A model generated the notes under the pieces. The model was not told the origin of the DNA and did no database searches. It was given only the letters and a program-made list of their open reading frames with translations. Shown piece by piece: positions 24,201 to 36,500 of a stretch of DNA of 64,000 nt (its first letter is position 1; every line of letters begins with the position of its first letter). The DNA comes from Cenococcum geophilum (taxonomy: Eukaryota). The DNA lies in NCBI GenBank assembly GCA_050273025.1, contig CP158635.1, positions 22,010,001 to 22,074,000 of the forward strand. Direction: 5' to 3'. The position numbers and the translations under genes were made by a program.

Positions 24201-27200
24201 GCTTTAATATATGGAGACGAATCTGCTAACGCCTTGGTATCTCTATTAAGATGTCTACATCCTTCTATTACAAAACTACTAGGTAACCGGAAAACGCTAA
24301 TACTAGCATAAAAGCGTACCTACAACAGGTAGTCGCCTATAGTTAAGATGACTGGGTAAATCACCTCCTACTAGGTAAATTTGTAGTGAATAACTACGTC
24401 TTAACTACTACAGGACTTACCCCGTTCTTCGCGAACAAGGGATATCACCCCTGATTTAGCATAGAACCACCAGAACCTATTAATAAGAAACTACTATATA
24501 GAAAACGCCTTAAGATGCTACTTGCTAACTAGCATGCAGACCGTATAAAAAATCTACTCGACTACTATAAGGGAGAAATGGCCTAGGCTTAAGCAAAGCA
24601 GGCCTACTTCGCCGACCGTCATAAAACGCCACCACTGGAGATGTGTGTTAGCGACTGGGTATAGCTAGATGTACGCAATATCTCTACGCAGAGGCCTATA
24701 AAGTTACTCGATTATAAGAACCTCGGCCCTTACCCAATTAAACGAGTCATTGATAGGGGAGCTATATATAAGCTAGAGCTCCCGCCTGCCCTAGCCACCC
24801 GCGGAATATAGCCTATATTTTACCTATAGCTACTACACCTTCACTAGCCTAACCCCTTACTGGGGTAGACATAGCCTAAACCCCCACTAGTACTAATCCG
24901 AGACGAGAACGAAGATAAGAACCACGAGGAGTAGACCATTAAACGAATTATCAACTCTAAATACTTTGGTAAAGGCAGAGGACGACGGCTCTACTACAGA
25001 GCTATATACACAGGATTCGACATAGATTAGCCAGAATGGCAACTATAGGAAGACTTCAAAAATGCAAAGGATCTAATTAGCGACTTTTACCACGCAAACC
25101 TATAGAAACCGGGCCTAAGCAGAGATTTTATACCTAATCCTCTATGGGAGCCCTTATAGAGTTAAACCATTATACATTGCCACGTAGGGGCAAATTACCG
25201 TTAAATTACCGTCAGATTGCGGTAAAGTGCAATCACGTGACCGGAATATTATTAAGATGTCCAGGAACTTTAACCGGCGGTTAAAGTTGTCTAATTAGTC
25301 GGATTCTTAGATGCTAAGCCTTATCACATGACGTTGTTTTAAGCCTTTAGCAATACCCCCCTTTCTTCTTTTCTATACCCTAAGTGTCCCTTTTACATAT
25401 ATATAGTAACCACAGCGTCGCCGGAGCTCCGCCTCTATAGGAGGGGGGGTAGTGTTACAGAACCCCACCGCAGGGGCCTCTATAGGAGAGCCCCGTGCTC
25501 TCGCGTACACCTCGCGTACAGCTTATGTCAGCTACGCGTAGGTATATCACCTCCTTACGCCCTTAACCCTTACGATCGATCGCGTAACGTCTTGTAGACT
25601 CCTCGAATACATACGTCTTATAGCCACTGCCCCGTCCCGTGACATTTACTCTACGTACCTAGACAATATACTTATTTATAGTAATAACCCTTTTAAGCAT
25701 ACTAAACACGTTTAAAAGGTCCTATAGTGCCTTAGGGACGTAGGACTTTATATTAATTTAAAGAAATGCAAATTCTTAGTTATAGAAGTAAAATACCTTA
25801 GACTAATTATTACTACTAAGAGTGTCCGTATAGACCCCAAGAAAGTATATATAATTACTAAATAATAAGCCCTTAACTATATTAAGGACGTATAAGCCTT
25901 CCTTAGTTTTGCTAACTTTTATTAAAAATTTATATACAACTTCTTAGGCGTAGTAGCACTACTTATAGCAATAATATAAACAAAGGGCCTTTCTATAAAA
26001 GGAAGAAAAACGTACCTACGCTTTACCTAAACGCCTAAATATAAGAAGGCGTTCTAAGACCTTAAAAATGCCTTTACTAAAGCACCTATCCTAGCTCACT
26101 TTATACTAGGATAATAACTCTATCTTAAAACCGACTTCTTAGACTATGTTAATACAGGCGTCCTTTTCTAGATAGGTAATAACGGTTTCCTTTACCTAGT
26201 CGCATTCTACTTGTCTAAGCTTATATTATATAAATATAACTACAAGATCTATAATAAAGAACACCTTACAATTATATAAGCGTTTAAAGAATTCTAACTA
26301 GAATTTTCCTTAGTAGAGCCTAACTAGCTAACTAAAGTCCTTACGGACTATTGTAACTTTAAATACTTTATAACTATAAAGTAGCTAAACTAATACTAGG
26401 CATATTAGAACGAGTTCCTCTCTAAATTTAACTTTAAAATTATATATAGACTAGGAGTATAAGGTACTAAACCTAATAGCCTAATACGCCGCTTATAAGA
26501 CCTTCCTTAGTCTAAAGATAACCCCTATAATTAGTTCCAATAATAGATAATCCTAAAAGTATAAAATTTGGCCCTAGGTATACTACCTATAATAGAGCCA
26601 ACTATACCTTAGCTTTATACCATAGAACTAAAGTTACCTCCTAAAATTAATAAGCTTATTACTACGGTATATAACACCTCTGTTAACCTATTATTGTATT
26701 AACTTATCGCCGTAAAGACTGCTAGCGCCTATACGCTGCCTACTAACCTCTAAAGCTTAAGCTAGATTAATATAGCAGCCTTAAAAGTAAAAGAGAATAG
26801 GCTTTATTATAGAGTCCGCCTATTTATCCCTAACTTAGAAAATCTACAACGGCAACTAATCTAAATGGCCTACGACCTCTAATTAAGCGGCTACCTAGAT
26901 AGAGGAGGAACCTATAAGCTCCTTAGCCGATACTACTTCTAGCCAAAAATAATAGACTTAGTTAAACGCTTTATAGGCGCCTGCTATAATTATAAGCGCG
27001 CTAAGGCCTTTAATATAAAGTACTAAGGATTACTACACCCTCTACTAGTACCTATACAATAATAGGCAGATATCGCTATAGATTTCGTTATTAACCTACT
27101 ACCTTATAAATAACACGGCCGTATCTATAAGAATATCCTTATAATAATATACCGACTTATAAAAGAGCGCCACTACATCCTAACTAAAGGCGTAGCTATT

Positions 27201-29034
27201 AGCGACGTTACTAACGCCTTCCTTTATAAAGTTTACTAACTATATAGGTTACCTAACTTAATTACGTCTAACTAAGGTATATAATTTAACTTTAATATAT
27301 AGAGACGAATCTACTAACGCCTTAGCATCTCTATTAAGATGTCTATATCCTTTTACTATAAAACTGCTAGGTAACCAAAAAATGCTAATACTAGTATAAA
27401 AGCGTACCTACGACAGGTAGTTGCCTATAGTTAAGATAACTGGGTAGATTACCTCCCACTAGGTAAATTCGCAGCAAATAACTACGTCTTAACCACTATA
27501 GGACTTACCCCGTTCTTTATAAATAAGGGTTATTACCCCTAATCCGGTATAGAGCTACCAGAACCTATTAATAAGAAACTACTATATAAAAAACGCCTTA
27601 AGATGCTACTTACTAACCAGTATATAAACTATATATAAAAAATCTACTTAACTACTATAAGGGAGAAATAGCCTAGGCTTAAGCAAAGTAGGCCTACTTC
27701 GCCAACTATTATAGAACGCCACTACTAGAGATGCGTGTTGGCAACTAGGTATAGCTAAATATACACAATATCTCTACGCAAAGGCCTATAAAGTTACTCG
27801 ATTATAAGAACCTTAGCCCCTATTTAATTAAATAAGTTATTAATAGGGGAGCTGTATATAAGCTAGAACTCCTACCTACCCTAGCTACCCGTAGGATATA
27901 GCCTATATTTCACCTATAGCTACTATACCTCTATTAGCCTAACCCCTTACTAGGGCAGATATAGCCTAAACCCCTACTAGTACTAATCTAAGATAAGAAC
28001 AAAGACAAAAACCACAAGGAGTGGACCGTTAAATAAATTATCGACTTTAAATACTTTAGTAAAGGTAGAGGACGACGGCTTTACTACAGAGCTATATACA
28101 CAGGATTTAATATAGATTAGCCAGAATGGCAACTATAGGAAGACTTTAAAAATGCAGAGGATCTAATTAGCGACTTTTACTACGCAAGCCTATAGAAACT
28201 GGGCCTAAGCAAAGATTTTATACCTAATTCTCTATAGGAGCCCTTATAGAGTTAAACTGTTATATGTTACTATGTAAGGGCAAATTACTATTAAATTGCC
28301 GTTAGATTGCGGTAAAGTGCAATCATATAACCAGAATATTATTAAGATGTCTAGGAACTTCAACCGGCGGTTAAAGTTATCTAATTAGTTAGATTTTTAG
28401 ATGCCAAGCCTTATTATATAACGTTGTTTTAAGCCTTTAGTAATACCCCCCTTTCTTCTTTTCTATACCTTAAGTGTCCCTTTTATATATATATAGTAAC
28501 CACAGCGTTTCTAGAGCTCCGCCTCTATAGGAGGGGGGGTAGTATTATAAAACCCTACTATAGGGACCTCTATAGGAGAACCCCGTGCTCTTATATACAC
28601 CTCGCGTATAGCTTATATTAGCTACGCGTAGGTATATTACCTCCTTACGCCCTTAACCCTTATGATTAATCGCGTAACGTCTTGTAGACTCCTTAAATAC
28701 ATACGCTCTATAGCCACTGCCCCCGTCCCATAATAGGTTCTTAATTATAATCTTAAGCTCTTTATAAGAGAGGTTATAAATAGGAAGATTTGGTGGTTAT
28801 TTACATTTTTCTAGATTAATTATATAATTATATTCCAAGTTCTGCAGTAAGACTTTAGCTTATTTACCCAAAAATACCCTTAGTAAGCCCCTTAGGCCTA
28901 ATAGAATATTTAATAAATTAGGGTCGCGTTTATTCTTTATATTATTATTAGATAGGTTTTAGAGCTCCTTTAGAATACTTACAGGCAGTATCGCGCGCTA
29001 TAGTAGTTGCTTATATATAGTTACTACTATATAT

Positions 29035-32000
29035 ACCTAGCCTATTAATAAGTCTATTATGGTATTTCCTACAAGGCTTTATTATGTATTTACTACTAAG
29101 GTTATAGTAAAGGAAGTTAAATAATATACTATAAAGATATACTACTAAGGGCGCTCTAGTATTAGAAGTGGCTTAAGTAGTCCTAGGGTTTTATCCTGTA
29201 GGGTTATAGCTCTCTAGCAGTCTTTACAGTTCCGTATATATTAGTTAATATTTATAACTATTTTCAGTTAGTAGTAGCGGCAGTTAATAATTTTACGGGT
29301 CTTATTCTTACTAGGGTATACTATAAAAACTTAGCAATAAGCTTCGTGGATTAGTTTAGTCTATAGGTTATTAATATTAGGGACTATAAGCCGCTCCTAA
29401 TATAGGAGCAATCCTTCCTCCGTTTTAAAATTGGGGTCTCCTTTTACGGCTTAGTCGCGAAGGGCCTTTAAGGCGTTAGCCATGCGGTTTATAGTTAGGA
29501 GGCGGTTAATTAGCCCTATTAGTTTATCTAAGGACTCCTCTATTAGTACTAGCTCGTTTTACTAGGAGCCTAGCTCCCTAAGGATCCGCGGGTTAAGCTA
29601 TTTAAGGTAAAGAAGGGCGCGTGTCCGGTATTGGGTCTTTAGCTTATCCTAAGGTCCTATATCTTATTCTCTTTAGGTTAGGGCATTAGCCTTAGAGTTT
29701 TGCTTACTAGAATAATATATAATTATAAAGAAGAATTATAAGAGTATTTTGGCCCACTGGGCTTATTATTTAGTAAGCTGCTTTATAATCTGTATATATC
29801 TTAATCCGGGAGTTTGTACCTTTAAGCTCAATATACTATTAGAATAGTAATTAAATAATAGCTAGCATTTCTTTATTATATACTTTATAGTTATACTTAA
29901 CTAGGTCTATTATTTTAAGAAAAAGGCGATAAGGTACTATTCGCTGTCCAGATATAGCTATAATAGGATTCCCGCTATAACCCTATTAAAAACGTCCGTT
30001 TTTAGCATTAATTTAAGGTCTAGGTTATAGTAATAAAGAATTAGGGAAGAGATTAGCCGATCTTTTATCTCTTTAAAGGCCTTTATGCAGTTATTATTAA
30101 AGATAAAAGGCGTGTCCTTCCTAGTTAGTTAAATAAGAGGTTTTACTATAATTCCATAGTTACGGATAAACTAGCGCTAGAAGTTATAAAAGCTAAAAAA
30201 GGATTGGATCCCTTTTACTATATAAGGGGGCTTCTAGTTATAAATTACCTCTACCTTCTTAAAGTTGACCTTAATTTCTTCCGTAGTTACGATAAACCTA
30301 AGGTACTTTATACGTTTTACTCTAAACTTATATTTCTTAATATTAACTTATAAGCTTACGTTCCGTAGTCTCTTTAGGACCTTTTTAATATAAACTTAAT
30401 GCTTAAGTTCGTTGTTTAAGTATATAAAAATATTGTCTAGGTATACCGTATAGAATTCGTCTAGGTAATTAAAAAGAACGTTATTTATATACCTTTAGTA
30501 CATAGCTAGTCCATTTATTAGTCTGAAAGAAAGAACTTTATATTTATAGGAGCTATAATAGGTATAGAATATAGTTAAATCTTTAGATATAGGGTCTATC
30601 CTAATTTAGTAAAAAGCTTAACGGATATTAAGTTTAATAAAGATCTTTGCCCAGCTTAGATATATAAGGGTTTTATTAATTAAAGGAATAGGATACTAAT
30701 CCTTTTAAGTAATAGCGTTTAGCTTTTAATAGTTAATGCAAAAGCGGAGGCCTCTATTAGGCTTTTTTATAAACAGAATAGGGAAAGCAAAAGGGGCTTA
30801 ACTTGGCTTAATAAACCCATTATCCAGGTTATTAATTAAGTACTGCTTTGTTGCTTTTAGCTTATCCATTAATTATTAGTAGAGGGGGCTATAACCTAGC
30901 GAGTTATTGGCTTCTAATTAAATCTTATAATTATATATCTAGTAAGGGGGTAACTTGTCTAAAGCCGCCTTAAAGAATACATCCTTATAATTTATATAAA
31001 TAGTAGGAAGAAGGCGTTTAACTAGTTCCTCATTAGTTTCCTTAGCTAGCTCTTCCTCCCTATTATTAATAATTTAGTTAATCTTATATAGGCTTATTAT
31101 AAAGACCTTATTTTCCTTCTAGTATATATTAAAGTAAAACGCTATAGCGCTAATTATGGTAATATCTACGGCGGGGGGGGGGGGTTATATAACAATAGGG
31201 GCGTACGTAACTTTAGGGACTTTTAGGGTACTAGCGTTATCGTTACTCCTTTTAGCTCCTATTGCATCTTTTAGAGGTCCTCCCTTATATCCTATTAATG
31301 CGTTCTTTTTTATACCAGTTAGATCTACGCGATTTAGACATTATCTATATTATTATCTATCCTGCTTCTATATATAGAGTCCTCTTTAAATATAGCGCTT
31401 TAGGAGAGTATCTTTATTAGTATAGAGGTTTTTCTAGCTTTACGGCGGGCGTCTTCTTAGGTAAAGGCTAAGTTATAGGCCCGGATATCCTACTAGTAGG
31501 TAAAGTTAGCCCTTATAGCTAGTGTCTTATAGTTAGTTTGGATTTCCCTAATAAAGGAGGGCAACTTTAGTCTAACCTCTAGCTAGACAAACTGTCTTTA
31601 TTGTATATTTAACCAAATATTAAAATAGGATATCCATTTTTATCTAAGGATTATATTATAGGACCCTAGGTCTAGGATGTAAAAGGGGATACTATATTAG
31701 TGTCGTCCATTAAGAGCGATATATAACTTTAAGATATAGGTAATGGGCCAACCGGCTTAGCCGTTATAGCCTTTTACCTAAATAGGCTTCTCTAGTTAGA
31801 TAGCTTCTGTATTTAGAAACTTAGTAATATTATTTGCATAGGCAGTATTTATAAAGGCGAAGCTATTTACTCTAGTATTAATAAGGGCGGTTATATTAAC
31901 TCTATATCTATTTTAAGATACTATATATAGAATTATAAAATACTTTCCACCTATTAACTAACTAAGATTAATCTCTTTAAATTAATAGGGTACCCTAGGG

Positions 32001-33569
32001 TTTTTCTTTTCCTAACTTATTGGATGTTTCTCCTTTCTCTATTTCCTTAATATCGCCTATATCCTTTAGCTCCAGGCAAGATAAGGTAAAGTAACCCTCC
32101 TTATTACAGTTATAGCATATAGCCGAGGTAGGGTTAATTAGAGTATTACGGCGAGTACTAGTTAATAGTGTGGTACATAGCTAGTTGGGCAAAGCTCGCT
32201 AATGCATAGTTATAACCGCCTTTAGTGTAAAAGTAGTTGTAGCTTATCTTCCTACTCTAGCTCCTATAGGTATAGCTAATGAGTTTTAATTGTCACGGAG
32301 TTACTTCTACTAATTAGGGTAAGCGTTAATCCGCTTTAGTTCTAAGTCCAATAATAGGCAATAAGCTGCGAGTTTTTTATGGGTTAGTAGGTTATTTAAG
32401 GTTATAGCAATCTTTTCTTATAGCCGGATTATTAGCTTATCGTATAGATCTAATTAGTAGTTCTTAAGGGGAACCTAGCCTTCTCCTATAAGGTATAGAA
32501 ATTAAGTCTAAAATTTAGTAAAGGGTTAGTTTAGTTTTATTATTAGGTAATTATAATTATACTAGGCATTCTATACTTTATTTAGGTTAATATAAATAGC
32601 CGCTAAGTACTATATTATCTTGTTAATAGATATAAATTGGATAGGGGACTTATCCTTAAACTTAGCTTAAAGGTGCCGCTAGGCGTCCCTAGCAGTTTAA
32701 CCAAAGAGGTAGAGCATTTTAGCTTCTTTAGAAAGGAAATAGTTATAGTTAACACAGAGCTTTCCTTATACTTAAATCCCCTAAATAGTTAGGGGTTAAG
32801 GAGCTTAACGAACTTTAATTGCTTTATTATCGTATCCGTACTCCCTAAAGTATTATATTTAGTAAAGTAAATAGGTTAGCTAGGGCTTTAGAAAGGGGAA
32901 GCTAGGCTATTTTATAGGGCCGCGAGGCTTTCTAGGATCTCTTATAGGATCTCTTATATATTTCTTACTCTAAGACAATTGGCTTTTTAGCTAGCCATAA
33001 AGGCGCGAATCTGCTCGCGTACGTCTATAACGTTATCGTTATCTTTAATTTCTAATCCTAATTAGATCTTGGGTTCCTCTTAGGTAAAGGCAGCTCTCTT
33101 AAATAAGCTTACTTTAGGTGCCATTATTAGCTTCTTAGGGTTTGTTAGTATTATACGCTTTAGTTTTAATTTTAGGGGTATAGGTCTAGTCCTGTCTGGC
33201 TTATAAGGTGGGATATTATTTAGGCCTTCCCAGGCAGTATAGAGTTGTTTTAGTGTCTAAGTATAGCGCGTTAACGCGTTATTGCAGATGAAGTTTCTTT
33301 TAGGGTGGGATATTATTAAGGCCTTCCCAGGTAGGGTAGAGTGAGCTTAGTATAATATTACGGCTCGTATAAATGCCTTTAAACTAAAGCTTATAGAATG
33401 CTGTATTACAAAGATCCTAAGCTAAGGAGAAGGAAAAAAAAGGGGTTGCTAGGACCGATATAAGCAAATATATAGGGTAAGCCGCCAAGGCGCTAGCTTT
33501 AGTCGAGCCAATTATAGGTTAGCAGAATATAGCAGAATTTAGCAGGTAACGAGCAATAGCGCCGTTACA
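29035..33569 (-). mobile_element. Ty3/Gypsy family D, 3'-truncated within integrase
   Basis: Minus-strand knuckle CYNCNKEGH....C (~32075-32120), protease ALIDTGANG (~31860-31890), RT YLDEFCTAYLDD (~30430-30470), RNase H, and integrase start PGLLKPLPIPERPW (~29145-29190). Probable 5' LTR at 33356-33569 (TGTAACGGC...GCCGTAATA). Confidence 0.85.
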
Positions 33570-36500
33570 ATTAGGAGGCGATACTAGTATAAGGGATAAC
33601 GACTTATAGGTAGTTATAATAAATTAGCTTAGGAGTATTATGGAGTAGAATAACGCTAATAACTAAGTACTGCTTTAGCAACTATAAGATATAAAGAAAA
33701 AAAAAGATTAAGATGCTATTAATTAAAAGATTTACAGGAGAAAAGTATAAGCTTAAGAGATTCCTTATATAGATGCGATTAAAGATTCGGTATAAAGGAA
33801 CTAAGTTAAAGCAATTAGCGGATTAAGTGGCGTATGTAGGGTTAGGCGTTGGGGTGGTTTAAACCTTATTTTATAGAGATATAAACTAATAGATTAGCCA
33901 CTACTAACTTAGAGGCGTAGTATATATTCTTAAGCTAGGAGGGATTTATTAGTAGACTAATATAAATATACGGGAATCCGGAATTAGTAGCAATAGCTAT
34001 AAAAAAAAAGCTATATTAACTTACGTAGAAGGGATTAGCAATAGACTATATAACGTAGTTTTAGATACTAGCGGTATAGACTAAGTAGAACTAAGGGGCG
34101 TTAATAGCTTAGTATAGAAGGGGACTAAAGGCCAAAGTTTAAGTAACTATAATATTAATAGACGATCTAAGCAATATAATAGAATTAATTAAATAAGCTA
34201 TTAGAGTAAATAACTAGCTATACTAAAGCGAGAGGTTAGGGAGAATATAGTATGGACCGGTGTATATAAAGAAGATATAACAGATATCTAGGCTATAGTA
34301 TGGCGTAGAGCTAATAGACTTAAGTAGTGTTAAAAAAGCAAAGAACTAAAATAGAAGACTATAAAAACCTAGAGGATAAGGATTAAGTAATTAAAGGTCT
34401 AAGGAGTAGAGGCTAAACCAGAGATTTTAATAGCAGAAGACGTTTAGGCAGACTCTATAGTAAGAAAAGTAGTATAAAGAAGGAGTTTGCATAAACTACG
34501 GAAAATAGGGTTATTTTTCTAGAGACTATAGAGTTGGTTAAAACTACGCAGTAAAGGGAATAAGACTACTTAGCGATATATATATATATATAGAGGGACG
34601 ATAATATGCTATAAGGAACAAAGGAATATTTAATTAAGAGTTTTACGTTTTGCTATAATAACATATATTAAGTTTATAAAGACGCTAAGTATGGCGTAAG
34701 CTATTAGCTATAAGAGCCTAAGTTAAGAGGACTCTAAGGTATAAGAGAATTGGATAAAGAAGCAGACTAACTCTACGAACTAGATTAGGACAAAGATAGT
34801 ATATTTAGCTAGCAGTTAGTAAAAAAAGTTCTTACGTACTAGTTCTATAAACAAGTAATAGAATTTAAGGATTAAGACAATTAGACTATTAGCAGTAATA
34901 ATAAGGCAATAAAGGTAGCTTACTAGGTGTATATAAACCTTAAGGATACAATAATAGAAGTAGATGTTAAATCTGCTATAGAGAAAGGATTAATAATAGG
35001 TATTAAAACTCTATTAAATACGGTGTCTATCGCTTCGCGAGACGCAAAAAAAGTAGAATAGTAAGCTACTTTGGCACTTAATAAAGACAAAAGGCTAAAG
35101 GGTTAAGATTCTTAAGACGAAATAAAAGACGCTTAAGATTCTTAAGATAAGATAAAATATACTTAAGGACCTATAATAAACAAAAACCAATAGAGTAGAG
35201 TAGTAGCTTAGTTTAAAGATAAACAAATAAGTATAGGAAGAAAATTCTAAGGGATTTAAGATTTTAAAGAATAGATAAGAACTATATATAAGTTTAGTTA
35301 AATTAAGGCAGGAGCTTAGCTTAAGAAAGAAGCTAGCTTAAAACTAAAGTTTTTAGGGAATTAGGATTTTAAAGAACGAATAAGGACGCCTATAATAGGT
35401 AAATAAAGTATTTAGCCTTAAAGTTAAGTAGTTAATACTAGAATTACAAAAATTAAGGATCTAATAGATTTAATAGCTAGACGCAAACTAGGAGAAGACT
35501 AAGAAGGATTTAAGAGTTAAATTAAAGCGTAGTAAAAATAAAGAGGTTACTAAGGACTTAAGATGCTAGGTAAACTAAGGGATAGAGCACCTATATAGGA
35601 AATCACTAATAGGCCTAGAGTAGGCATGCCATAAGTAAAATAGCTTAAAAAACTAGAATAAGAGGAGGATTTAGGAATTCTAACTAGGTTTAAAGAATAG
35701 TATATAAAGGGCTGTTATAATATAGTAATAATAAGATACTTCCTTATGGACAGATTATATACGCTTATAGAACTATACTAAAAGTAGTATAAATAGCAAA
35801 ATAGCGACAACAAAGAAGACTTTTATTAATAGCTAGACTAGAAAGTTATCTAAGATTAAGTAATTATAGAGAGACGTATAAGTTATATTAAAGGAGCGCT
35901 AATTATAATATCTAAAAATCTAGAAGAAAGATTAAAGGACTAGAGATATAGAATATAGAATATAGTATCTATAAATAAAAAGCCAACGTTTAAATTAAAT
36001 AGGTAGAGGTTTAAACTTAAGGATAAAGATAAATAAAGAGTTAACCTAAAACACCTAGTGTATTATATATTAGAATAGAATATATATATAGATTATATAT
36101 ACAATATATATAAGAATCTAAAGAAAAAGAAGAATTAGAAGCAACTTATAAGGATATATTAGGCGCCAAATAAGCGATAGTATAGAAATACTAAGTATAT
36201 ATATAGCTAGCATCTAGTAAAAGTCTAGGAGTTAGATAACTTAATACTTTAATTAAGAAAATTTATTACGGAAGAATGCTTAAACAAATAATAGTAGTGG
36301 GAATGTCTAGAGAATATATATCTATAGTATATTAAGGACAAAAAGCGAACTAGGTAGTAGCTAAAAAGTAAGCTAAGTATAATAGAATTAAATAGCTAAT
36401 AGTTAGAAAAAGGAGAGGTTTATAAAACTAGAGGGAGCTAGTAGTAAAACCTTAGACCTTTAAAGGAATTTAAGAATAATACTTAAATTTAATAGTTAAT

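Larger units (their letters stand above)
19301..25644 (+). mobile_element. Full-length Ty3/Gypsy chromovirus family C, inner copy C2 (nested in the C1 RT)
   Basis: 192-bp LTRs at 19301-19492 and 25453-25644 (TGT...ACA). TSD TCTAC/TTTAC at 19296-19300 and 25645-25649. PPT at ~25437-25452. YLDD ~22568, RNase H ETDSSDY ~23040, integrase ~23700-24800, chromodomain ~24925-25100. Confidence 0.96.
16005..28735 (+). mobile_element. Full-length Ty3/Gypsy chromovirus family C, outer copy C1
   Basis: 193-bp LTRs at 16005-16197 and 28543-28735. 5-bp TSD GGTTC at 16000-16004 and 28736-28740. PPT GGAGGGGGGGTAG. Gag knuckle ~17770, protease IDCGA ~18115, RT split by C2, then RNase H, integrase and chromodomain (~28015-28190). 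Confidence 0.95.
3707..29033 (-). mobile_element. Ty3/Gypsy chromovirus family B, copy 1; interrupted by LINE1, TIR element 1 and Gypsy C1/C2; 5' part lost
   Basis: Minus-strand chromodomain (YEVEAIL..K..KLQY..KWLGW...STWEP, ~12930-13075), integrase, RNase H and RT (YLDD ~15740). Colinear with 48112-61330. Continuity across each insert is shown by TSDs. Assigning 3707-8886 to this element is inferred. Confidence 0.8.

Noticed and set aside
33340..33430. Self-priming PBS for family D
   Set aside because: Only ~7 nt of complementarity (CTAAGCT), which is too weak in AT-rich DNA.
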